In this document: in pieces, positions 48,922 to 57,501 of the stretch
Numbering within the stretch: the stretch's first letter is position 1
How the letters are laid out: the number at the start of each line of letters is the position of its first letter
Origin: Planctomycetota bacterium
GTDB lineage: Bacteria > Planctomycetota > JAJSAM01 > JAJVHW01
Assembly: GCA_965248445.1 (NCBI GenBank)
Contig: CBDFJG010000002.1
Coordinates: 256,001 to 320,000 of the forward strand
Length of the DNA stretch: 64,000 nt
Direction of reading: 5' to 3'
Program-made: the position numbers and the translations under genes
Notes under the pieces: model-generated
Databases searched by the model: none
Seen by the model: only the letters and a program-made list of their open reading frames with translations
Told to the model about the DNA's origin: nothing

Positions 48922-50590
48922 CCCGAATCGTTCACCAGCCGGGAATCTGAGCGGGCCGTCGTCTGTCTAAGTGCTCGTACTCGCTAGTACTTGCACCGAC
49001 AGGAGCGCCGGCCCGATGACGACAGACTGTAGCCCGCAGGGGACCCTCTTCGCGGGCATCTGTGGACGCACCGCGGTGACGCGCTTCGACGCCGGTACCG
49101 TGACGAGCGACGGGGGCGTGCTGCTGCTCGAGCGGACCGATCGTCGCATCGATCTGCTCTCGCGGTTTGCGCGCTGCTTCGGGGACCACCGGGACCCGCG
49201 TCGGGTCGAGCACACGGTCGGCCAGATGCTGCGTCAGCGGGTCTTCGGGCTGTGCGCGGGCTACGAGGATCTGGTGGACCACGACCATGTCGGCAAGGAC
49301 CCGCTGTTTGCCGCGGCGTGCGGCAAGCGCGAGGGTGCTCTGGCCACGCACCCGACGCTCTCGCGGCTCGAGACCACGCAGCTCGGCGCCACGGCACAGA
49401 CGCGCTACGCCAAGATCGAGATGGACCAGGAGCGCGTGGACAGCGTGCTCAGCGACGTCTTCTGCGAGGCCATGGGGCCGGAGGATCCGGGCCTGCTCGT
49501 GCTGGACCTGGACCACTCCGACGTGCGGCTGCACGGCCGGCAGGAGGGCCGCTTCTTCCACGGCTACTACGGGCACTACTGCTACCTGCCGCTGTACGTC
49601 TTCTGCGGCGAGCACCTCTTGCTCGCTCGGCTCCAGACCGCTGACAGAGATCCCGCGCGCGGAGTCGTGGACGAGCTCCGTGCGCTGGTCTTACGTCTGC
49701 GGCGCCGCTGGCCCCGGGCCAAGGTGCTCGTGCGCGCAGACTCGGGCTTTTGCCGCGAGGAGCTGATGGCCTGGTGCGAGGCCGCCGGCCACTTCTACCT
49801 GCTGGGCATGGCGCGCAATGAGCGCCTTGAGCGACACGTCGAAGACGCGCTCGATGAGGCCGCAGCCCGTGCCGTGCAGACCGGCCGAGCAGCCCGGGTC
49901 TTTCGCGACTTTGCCTGGACCACGCTGGGGAGCTGGAGCCAGAGGCGTCGCGTGGTCGCCAAGGCCGAGCACCTGCCGGGCGGCAAGCGCAATCCCCGCT
50001 TCGTGGTGACCAATCTGCCGCCTCGTAGCTGGAGCAGCAAGCGTCTCTACGAGCAGCTCTACTGCGCCCGGGGCGAGGCGGAGAATCGCATCAAGGAGCA
50101 GCAGCTCGAGCTCTTCGGCACCCGTCTGTCGGTGCACACGATGCAGGGCAACGCCGTGCGGATGGCCATGTCGGCCATGGCCTACGTCCTGACCTGTGCG
50201 CTGCGACGCATCGGTCTCGCCGGCACCGAGATGGCGCGTGCGCAAGCCGGCACGATCCGCCTGCGGCTGCTCAAGATCGGCGCGCTCGTGCGGATCACGA
50301 CGCGCCGGATCTGGGTCTCGATGTCCTCGTCGTGGCCCTGGCAGCACGTCTTCGAGCGCTGCGCGCAACGACTGCTGGCATCCCCGAAGCCGACCTGACG
50401 TCCCGCCGCGCCGTCCGCCACACCACCGCCCGGCCTACGGTCTGCCCACACCGCAGAATCCGCGCCGTTTCGGCCGCTCACTCGCGTTGCCCTTGTGGCA
50501 ACGACGACAGCATCCGCCCTCGCCTGGCCAAGATCTGACCCTGTGGACTCCGAAAGCACCGTCATCGCGACGTCTCGTGAACAGATGCGG
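48922..50590 (+). mobile_element. IS1380-family element
   Basis: Imperfect IRs CCCGAATCGTTCAC / GTGAACAGATGCGG; flanks CTAA and CTAG. Confidence 0.8.
49016..50398 (+). CDS. IS1380 family transposase
   Basis: FDAGTVTSDGG, GYED, LDLD..D..HG.QEG, RADSGF, RFVVTN, YCARGEAENRIKE. Confidence 0.95.
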   Translation: MTTDCSPQGTLFAGICGRTAVTRFDAGTVTSDGGVLLLERTDRRIDLLSRFARCFGDHRDPRRVEHTVGQMLRQRVFGLCAGYEDLVDHDHVGKDPLFAAACGKREGALATHPTLSRLETTQLGATAQTRYAKIEMDQERVDSVLSDVFCEAMGPEDPGLLVLDLDHSDVRLHGRQEGRFFHGYYGHYCYLPLYVFCGEHLLLARLQTADRDPARGVVDELRALVLRLRRRWPRAKVLVRADSGFCREELMAWCEAAGHFYLLGMARNERLERHVEDALDEAAARAVQTGRAARVFRDFAWTTLGSWSQRRRVVAKAEHLPGGKRNPRFVVTNLPPRSWSSKRLYEQLYCARGEAENRIKEQQLELFGTRLSVHTMQGNAVRMAMSAMAYVLTCALRRIGLAGTEMARAQAGTIRLRLLKIGALVRITTRRIWVSMSSSWPWQHVFERCAQRLLASPKPT

Positions 50591-50594
50591 CTAG

Positions 50595-50879
50595 GAGCCT
50601 GTCCGAGTAACGCCGCGAGCCACGATCGACAGAGGCCGGATGCCCGCAAGGAGGGCCAAGGATTAAGATCCATCGATCTGCTGACGCGGTCCGGCGCCGC
50701 GGGGGCCGGCCTCTGCCGACCCCTCGCGAGGCTCGCTACCAACACTCGGGGCGCTGCGACGGTGGCGGTCTGCGGCGTTGGACCTCCTCGACAACCCGCC
50801 GGGGGTGCCCTCATCGGTCCGCCTTGCGTCCACGCCACCGGCGCAGCGTCGTGGCCGCGCGGGTTACTCGGACAGGCCC
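50595..50879. mobile_element. 285-bp MITE (IS5-family-like ends)
   Basis: 17-bp TIR G(A/G)GCCTGTCCGAGTAAC with 1 mismatch, 3-bp TAG duplication on both sides, no transposase. Confidence 0.8.
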
Positions 50880-51643
50880 TAGCGCACGTCGCGCTGCCCA
50901 CGCGGTTCGTCGTCGCGGCGGCCCTCACCGGCGCCGGACCAGCGGCGGATCAGGCGCCGGGTGATCACGTTGTAAGGCCTCTTGAGCAGCGCCCGGTTCA
51001 AGCGACGCAAGAGGCCCTGGCCGTCCGCGAGTGCCGTGCGGTCGTCGTCGTTCAGTTGATCCGGCCGGCGGCGTTTGACGTGGCGCGCCAGGTGATACCG
51101 GTCCGCCCGCTGGAGCATGGGGACCAATCCGCCGAGCCACGTGCCCTCCGCGACGCTGATCTGGAAGTCCACCAGCCACGGCCGGTCGTCGGCGTCGCCC
51201 TCCCCCGCTTCGACGAGGACATTCTCTTCCTTCGCCATGTCGGCATACGCGACACCGCGCGCATGGACGGCGGCGAGCACGACGCGCAGTTCGGGAAACA
51301 GACGGTCCGGGACCTCGTCGGTCTGCCGCAGATCGCAACCGGGGATCCACGCGCGCAGGAATGCGTCGTCGGCCGGACGGCCGAGGAGCGCGGGGATCCC
51401 GGGCACGCCGGTCAGCCGCTCGAGGTGATCCGCCTCGCGCGCGGCGAGCATGCGCGCCGCGCGCCCAACGCGCACACCGGGGGGCAGCACGACGACGCTG
51501 CGCTTCCAGATCGCGGGTGTCCCGTCGGCGAGCCGCACGCGCGCGGTGACGGCGTAGCGGTCGGCCTTGAACACGTGTTCGACGAGCGCGTCCGGCACTC
51601 CCGGAGGCGCCGTGCCGACCGCCGGAACGTCGGGCGCGCTCAT
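50879..51643 (-). CDS. RIO/Kdo-like kinase domain protein
   Basis: KR, READHL, HARGVAYADMAKEENVLV, LVDFQ. Confidence 0.75.
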   Translation of the reverse strand: MSAPDVPAVGTAPPGVPDALVEHVFKADRYAVTARVRLADGTPAIWKRSVVVLPPGVRVGRAARMLAAREADHLERLTGVPGIPALLGRPADDAFLRAWIPGCDLRQTDEVPDRLFPELRVVLAAVHARGVAYADMAKEENVLVEAGEGDADDRPWLVDFQISVAEGTWLGGLVPMLQRADRYHLARHVKRRRPDQLNDDDRTALADGQGLLRRLNRALLKRPYNVITRRLIRRWSGAGEGRRDDEPRGQRDVR

Positions 51644-52932
51644 CCGCCCCCCAACGCTCCGGGGAGGAGTGCGCGCACGATGAACACGGTCGCGATCAGG
51701 ATGCCGATCTCGGTCACGTATCCCACGAGCGCGAGGATCGCACGCGCGGCGCCGAGACGCGCAGGCGGAACGCCGCCGTCGATGTCGTCACGCGCACGTC
51801 CGATCAGAGCGTGGTTCACCTCACGAAGCGCAGCACGCAGGCGGCCGCGATTCAGCCCCTCGTCCTCGATCCACAGCTGACTCGCGGCCCGGCGCAGCAG
51901 TGCGGTCGTCGAGAGCACCGAGACCGCGAGGAAGACGAGCAACACGGCGATGCCGATGCCGCTCGCGAAGGGGATGAGGAGCGCCGAGAGAACCGCCGGT
52001 GTGTACGCGACCTTGCTACGCCAGGCGCGGGGCAGCTCGAGGGCGACGGCGTTCCACACGCGGCCGCCGTCCATGGGCATCACCGGCAGCAGATTCAGGA
52101 GGTTGACGCCAAGCGCCCACAACAGGGCTTCCTGGCCCACGTCTTGGTCCAACCAACCCTCGCGCAGCAGGAAGACGATCGCGGCCGTGACCGGGAGCGC
52201 CGTGAGCGGTCCTGCGAGGGCGACGCCGACCTCGTGCCAGCGCGACGGGAAGCTGTGCTCGGGAACCGTACCCGCGCCGACCAACGGTATGAAGATCACG
52301 CCGCGGACCGGGATGTCCCCGAGGCGCATGGCGACTGCGTGCCCGTACTCATGCACGTAGAGCACGATCAACGCTGCCGCGGCCCCGCCCATCGACAAGT
52401 TGAAGACGAACACCAGCGCCGCGAACGAGAGGACGACCAGCACCGGCGGCGCCCAGCGCGGGAGCTTGCGCGGATGAGGATCCACCGGCCGCGCCGGCAG
52501 GTCGGGCGCGCCCCGCCGAAAACAGCCGTCGCCCTCTTCGCCCAACCCGGAACGCGTGATGATCGTCGCGGCGAGCATGCGCATGCGTTCGACCCGCACG
52601 AGCGGTCCGTGTTCCTCGCCGAGCGAGTCGGGTGCGTGCACGACGACGGGTGCGTCGCGCGGCGTGAGGTCGATCGAACGGTCGTCGTCGAACGAGAGGC
52701 GGACGACCGCGATGGAGCCGGGTCCCGCGTCGACGAGACCGACGCGCAGAGTGGAAAGCGAGGCCCACGGATGCCGCTCCCGGCCATCCGGGGCCTCGAC
52801 AAGAAGCTCTTCTCCTGTTGGGAGGAACCTGACAGGACGGTTGTCAGGCAGCGCGCCCTCGAAGACGGGCGCGTCATTCCGATCACCTGGACTGGCGATG
52901 TCGCCGCCGCGCGATCGGGTGGTCTCCTCCAC
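51640..52932 (-). CDS. Site-2 protease (M50) family protein
   Basis: HEYGH, ALAGP, NLLPVMPMDGG. Confidence 0.88.
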   Translation of the reverse strand: MEETTRSRGGDIASPGDRNDAPVFEGALPDNRPVRFLPTGEELLVEAPDGRERHPWASLSTLRVGLVDAGPGSIAVVRLSFDDDRSIDLTPRDAPVVVHAPDSLGEEHGPLVRVERMRMLAATIITRSGLGEEGDGCFRRGAPDLPARPVDPHPRKLPRWAPPVLVVLSFAALVFVFNLSMGGAAAALIVLYVHEYGHAVAMRLGDIPVRGVIFIPLVGAGTVPEHSFPSRWHEVGVALAGPLTALPVTAAIVFLLREGWLDQDVGQEALLWALGVNLLNLLPVMPMDGGRVWNAVALELPRAWRSKVAYTPAVLSALLIPFASGIGIAVLLVFLAVSVLSTTALLRRAASQLWIEDEGLNRGRLRAALREVNHALIGRARDDIDGGVPPARLGAARAILALVGYVTEIGILIATVFIVRALLPGALGGG

Positions 52933-52953
52933 GGTCGCTACGACGCGGTGCGG

Positions 52954-53352
52954 CTAGTGGTGGCCGCAGCCGCGCCAGTGGTTCCCGTGGTGTCCACCGT
53001 GTCCACCATGGTGTCCACCGTGCCCGCGATACGGACCCGCGTGGCGATACACGACGCGCCGGGGCGCCGCATAGCGGTGCGCCACCGTCGGACGGGAGTA
53101 CCCGTGCGCGTATTGGTGGTGGTCTCCGATCAGACCGCCGACGAGTCCGCCGACCAGTGCGCCGCCGATGGCGCCGGCAGCGGCGTGCCCGTTGTTCGCC
53201 CCGATGGCCCAGCCTGCACCTGCACCGATCACGGCGCCGACGGCAGCACCCTTCTTGGCGCCCGCACTGAGTGAATGGCAGCCACCCAACAGGGAAGCCG
53301 CCGCTGTGATGGCGAGGAGCGACCTCGCCGTATGTCGCGACAATAGTCTCAT
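52954..53352 (-). CDS. Glycine-zipper lipoprotein with His/Gly-rich tail
   Basis: GGAGG RBS, lipobox LGGC, GAAVGAVIGAGAG..GAIGGALVGGLVG, GGHHGGHGGHHG tail. Confidence 0.8.
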   Translation of the reverse strand: MRLLSRHTARSLLAITAAASLLGGCHSLSAGAKKGAAVGAVIGAGAGWAIGANNGHAAAGAIGGALVGGLVGGLIGDHHQYAHGYSRPTVAHRYAAPRRVVYRHAGPYRGHGGHHGGHGGHHGNHWRGCGHH

Positions 53353-53664
53353 ACGTTCCTCCATCCCGGCACACGCACCGTCCCACCAGGGACGCCGGCA
53401 GAGTTCCCCCGCCAAGGGACCATCCGCGAGACCCGCGTCGTCCGGAGTAAGGGAGCGGCCGGACGGTGCGGTCGGAGCCGCGGACGGCGTACTCGGCTGT
53501 GCCGTCAGGAGAATGTTACACACTCGCTTCCCGATTGGCAGGTGCGAGGTCACTCTCCGGCGCGGATACGGTCCGGCGGGTGTGACCTGGGTCGGGAAGG
53601 GCCGATTCCGGTCGTCTGCGCTGAAGTGACCCCTCTCCCCGCGTCGATGTCTCTAGCGGAAGAC

Positions 53665-54612
53665 ATGTCCGACGTGATCCGGGTCAGCGACCTCACGAAG
53701 ACGTTCCGGCCGCAGGCCCTGCGCCGGCCCGTCGAGGCACTGCGAGGCGTGAGCTTCGCGGTTGCGCCCGGCGAGTGCTTCGGCTACCTCGGCCCGAACG
53801 GAGCGGGAAAGACGACGACCATGAAGGTTCTCACGGGCCTCATGACGCCGACGTCGGGAAGCGTCGAACTGCTGGGGGCTCCGCCGGCGGAAGCGGCCGC
53901 GCGGCAGGCGCTCGGCTACCTGCCCGAGAACCCGTACTTCTACGAGCACCTGACGCCGATCGAGGCGCTCACGTTCTACGGGCGCCTGTCCGGGCTGACG
54001 CGGGCAGAGGCCCGGCGCCGTTCGACGACGCTGCTCGACCGTGTGCAACTCGGTGACGCCGCGGCGCGACGGATCCGCGGCTTCAGCAAGGGCATGCGCC
54101 AGCGCTTCGGCCTCGCGACCGCGCTGATCCACGAGCCCCGCCTGCTCATGCTCGACGAGCCGCTCTCCGGACTCGACCCAGCCGGGCGGCGGCAGGTGAA
54201 GGAGATCGTGCTCGCCGAACGGGCGAAGGGCAGCACGGTCTTCCTGTGCTCGCACGTGTTGGCCGACGTGCAGGAGTTGTGCGACCGCGTCGTGATTCTC
54301 GATCAGGGGCGCGTGCAACGCGAGGGCACGATCCACGATCTCCTGGAGAGTGCCCCGCACTCGTTCGAGCTGTGCGCGGCGAAGGTGCCGGACGACCTGC
54401 GCGAGAAGATCCGCGCGCGGTCCACACTGTTCCGTGAGTCCGGCGGCACGATCACGGCGCAAATTGCCGGTGACGAGGCCGGTCCGGAGTTCGCCGCGGC
54501 CGTCCACGCAGCAGGCGGGCGGGTCCTGTCGCTCATCCCCGAACGCGAGTCGCTCGAGAGCTGGTTCGTCCGGGTCGTGCAGCGCGGTGCCGGCGAGGAT
54601 GGTGACGTGTGA
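53665..54612 (+). CDS. ABC transporter ATP-binding protein (PilH-like)
   Basis: GPNGAGKTT, YLPENPYFY, FSKGMRQR, LDEPLSGLDP, H-loop SH. Confidence 0.93.
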   Translation: MSDVIRVSDLTKTFRPQALRRPVEALRGVSFAVAPGECFGYLGPNGAGKTTTMKVLTGLMTPTSGSVELLGAPPAEAAARQALGYLPENPYFYEHLTPIEALTFYGRLSGLTRAEARRRSTTLLDRVQLGDAAARRIRGFSKGMRQRFGLATALIHEPRLLMLDEPLSGLDPAGRRQVKEIVLAERAKGSTVFLCSHVLADVQELCDRVVILDQGRVQREGTIHDLLESAPHSFELCAAKVPDDLREKIRARSTLFRESGGTITAQIAGDEAGPEFAAAVHAAGGRVLSLIPERESLESWFVRVVQRGAGEDGDV

Positions 54613-55376
54613 CGGACCGCGTCCGCGCCATCGCGTCCGCCACGTTCCGCGAAGCGGTGCGCGACCGCCTGCTGCTGCTCGTGGTCGTGTTCGCGGTCGG
54701 GCTGATCTTGTTCTCCGCGGTGCTCGGGTGGCTGTCCGTCGAGGACCAGTCAAAGATGGTGCTCGACTTCTCGCTGTCGGGTCTGTCGCTGCTCGCGCTG
54801 TTCCTTGCGATGCTCGTCGGAGCGGGCAGCTTGGCGCGCGAGGTCGAACGCCGCACGGTCTACACGGTGCTCACGCGGACGGCGACACGGACGGAGTTCA
54901 TCCTCGGCAAGTTCGTCGGTCTCGTCGGCGTGTTCTGGCTGTGCATCGCCGGCTGCGCCGTCATCCTCGCGGCGTGGGCGGCGCTCATGGGCGCCAGCAT
55001 CGGAGCCTCGTTCGTCGCCGCGATCGCCGGACTGTTGCTCGAGACGCTCCTGCTCACGGCCGTCGCGCTGTTCCTGGGTGCGCTCGCCGCGCCGACCATC
55101 GCATCGGTCGGCACGTTCGCGTTCTACCTGATCGGCCACGGCACCGAGGCGATGCGTGAACTGACCGAGATGGGCAGGAGCGCGGAGTTCGCGGGCGTCT
55201 ACGCGGCGCTGTACCGCTTCCTGCCCAATCTCGAGAACGTGAACTTCATCAACGCGACCACATCAGGGCGCCCGGTCGACTGGGACTCGCTCGCGATGGG
55301 CGCCGGTTATGTGGCGCTCTGGACGGGGGCGTTCCTGACCGGCGCGGTCACGCTCTTCCGCAGGCGGCAGTTCTGA
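54609..55376 (+). CDS. ABC-2 type permease (PilI-like)
   Basis: TFREAVRDR, EVERRTVYTVL, LGKF, LPNLE, FRRRQF. Confidence 0.88.
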   Translation: MTDRVRAIASATFREAVRDRLLLLVVVFAVGLILFSAVLGWLSVEDQSKMVLDFSLSGLSLLALFLAMLVGAGSLAREVERRTVYTVLTRTATRTEFILGKFVGLVGVFWLCIAGCAVILAAWAALMGASIGASFVAAIAGLLLETLLLTAVALFLGALAAPTIASVGTFAFYLIGHGTEAMRELTEMGRSAEFAGVYAALYRFLPNLENVNFINATTSGRPVDWDSLAMGAGYVALWTGAFLTGAVTLFRRRQF

Positions 55377-56446
55377 TGCTCGATCCGCGGCTGCTCATCG
55401 TGGGCGGAGCGATCGTCGGCGCTGCCCTGATGCAGCCGGCGCTCGGCGAGACGAACGCCGATCGTCTGCGTGACGGGCTCCACTACACGCCGGACCCGGA
55501 GCTTGCGGGGTTGCTGTCGTTCGGCCACCGCTCGACCTTCGCGGACACGCTATGGCTCCGGTCACTGCCCGACATCTCGCGCGAGTTCAACGACGCCGAG
55601 GAGAAGGAGCGCTGGCTCGCCGGCGTGCTCGACACCGTCACCGAACTGGAACCGACGTTCTCGACGGTCTACGACTACGGCGCCAACTACCTGGCGCTGC
55701 TGGACCGCCGCATCCGGCCGCAGGCGCCCCACGCCGCCCGCGCGGTGCAGCCGATCACGATCGTCCAGAAGGGCATCTCGAGCTTCGAACGGCTCGAGTC
55801 GGAGGACCAGCAGGCGTACGCCGGTCTGTCCACCCTGCTCCGCACGCTGGCACTGATCCACCACCTGGACCGGAAGGACGAGGAGCGCGCACTCGCGTAC
55901 CTGGACCGATGCGTCGAGCGACCGGACTGCGATCTGCTGACGCGCGGCATGTGGTCGACGATGAAGAGTGAACGGGGCGGGCAGTTCGTGGCGCTGGTGC
56001 ACTGGGCCGAACTCGCTGAGCACGCGAACCCCGACATCGCGTTCCACGGACGGCTCCAGTACGCGCGCACCCGTCAAATGATGGCGCGGCGCGCGTGGAC
56101 CGCGTTCGAGTCAAGCGCGGGTCGCCCACCGGCGACGATCGCAGAGTTGCGTGCGGCGGGACACCTGGACGACGACGTGGCGACGCTCGTGTTCGAGGAC
56201 ATGGAGATCCGGGACGGCTCGTTGTTCCTGGCCTCGCTCGCCGACCTGGAGCGCGACGCGTGGCGACGCACAGCCGACGAGGCGATGCACCACTACCGCC
56301 GCGACAAGGGCGCGTGGCCGACGCTCGACTGGGTACTCGACCCCGAGAACGTGTTCCTCATCGGGCGCGGCCACCCGTTCGCGCCGCCGGCGGGAACGGT
56401 GTGGGAGATCATTGGCGGCAGGCTGGTCGCGACGCCGAACGAGTAG
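55376..56446 (+). CDS. Membrane-anchored helical protein (PilG/XapA-like ABC partner)
   Basis: LSFGHRSTFADTLWLR, LD.VTELEP.F..VY.YG; TGATG coupling to the permease. Confidence 0.6.
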   Translation: MLDPRLLIVGGAIVGAALMQPALGETNADRLRDGLHYTPDPELAGLLSFGHRSTFADTLWLRSLPDISREFNDAEEKERWLAGVLDTVTELEPTFSTVYDYGANYLALLDRRIRPQAPHAARAVQPITIVQKGISSFERLESEDQQAYAGLSTLLRTLALIHHLDRKDEERALAYLDRCVERPDCDLLTRGMWSTMKSERGGQFVALVHWAELAEHANPDIAFHGRLQYARTRQMMARRAWTAFESSAGRPPATIAELRAAGHLDDDVATLVFEDMEIRDGSLFLASLADLERDAWRRTADEAMHHYRRDKGAWPTLDWVLDPENVFLIGRGHPFAPPAGTVWEIIGGRLVATPNE

Positions 56447-56526
56447 GCGCGGGGGTTGCCGAGACCCGGGGGACGGCCTGCAGCACGGAGCCGGGCGGAC
56501 GGACTCGAAGAAGCCTCGCCGGACTC

Positions 56527-56561
56527 TCAGCCTACAGCCTACAGCCTTCAGTCTCCAGCCT
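56527..56561. repeat. Intergenic heptamer tandem repeat (CAGCCTN) about x5
   Basis: CAGCCTA CAGCCTA CAGCCTT CAGTCTC CAGCCTC. Confidence 0.75.
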
Positions 56562-56663
56562 CTTCGCGCTGCGCGTCGAGTGACGCGCGACGCGCCACGA
56601 ACCTCGACCTCGCGCAAGCGTGCCCGTGTAGCGTTCGTGAGCCGGCGAACGTCGGCAGAACCG

Positions 56664-57377
56664 ATGCGAGGGATGGACCGCGTGACCCAGGGAAGCACAC
56701 CGCCGGGACTCGTCGTCATCGACGACCTCCTCGACGAGGAGGCGTGGACCGAGGTCTGGAGCCTGTTCCAGGTCGTCGATCTCGCGCCCGTCACGCGCAC
56801 CGCCGGCGCGTGGAAGACCGACGACGGTGCGCCCCTCGGCGGCGACGCGATCGTCACTCCGCCGCGGGACGCCGAGCTCTCGGCACCGGGTGAACGTCCG
56901 GACCGCTTCCCGAGCGGGACGGCGCTGGACCACGTCGTCGGCGCCGTGCTCGGGCTCGTGGAGTCGCTCGCGCCCGTGGTCGGCACCGAATGGGCCCACG
57001 TGACGGCTCGTCCGTACGTGTATCCCGCCGGGAGCGCACTGTCGTGGCATGGTGACGACACCGCGCACTACACGGGCGCGTTCATCTACTACGCTCATCC
57101 GCGCTGGAACGCACACTGGGGCGGCGAGCTGCTGCTGGCGGACGTCGATCCCCACGACGACCTGCCGATCATGGCCCACCGTTTCGACGACGAGGAGTAC
57201 TCCGAGGCGCTCCTCGCGCACGGCGCCGGCCGCTTCGTGATGCCGAAGCCGAACCGACTCGTCGTGCTCGGCAACGCGCCGCACATGGTCGCGCCGGTGC
57301 GCGCCGCTGCGGGGTCGAACGTCCGCGCGTCCGTCAGCGGGTTCTTCCTCCGCGAGCCGATCGCGAACGACGGGTGA
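56664..57377 (+). CDS. 2OG-Fe(II) oxygenase (prolyl hydroxylase-like)
   Basis: WHGD, WGGELL, PKPNRLV, HMV, RASVSGF; start 56664 or 56673. Confidence 0.85.
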   Translation: MRGMDRVTQGSTPPGLVVIDDLLDEEAWTEVWSLFQVVDLAPVTRTAGAWKTDDGAPLGGDAIVTPPRDAELSAPGERPDRFPSGTALDHVVGAVLGLVESLAPVVGTEWAHVTARPYVYPAGSALSWHGDDTAHYTGAFIYYAHPRWNAHWGGELLLADVDPHDDLPIMAHRFDDEEYSEALLAHGAGRFVMPKPNRLVVLGNAPHMVAPVRAAAGSNVRASVSGFFLREPIANDG

Positions 57378-57501
57378 GCGTTGGAACGCGAGACACCCGC
57401 AACTAGACCAAGTGATGCAAGGCCGCAGGGAGCGTGTCGTCCGACGGCACGGAACCCGCACCCGCCTCGCGGTTCGATGCCGGGACGGTACGCTAGTGAG
57501 C

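Noticed and set aside
41290..50900. attL/attR duplication of the tRNA-Tyr 3' end and an integrase
   Set aside because: No second copy of the tRNA end and no recombinase gene seen in the window.
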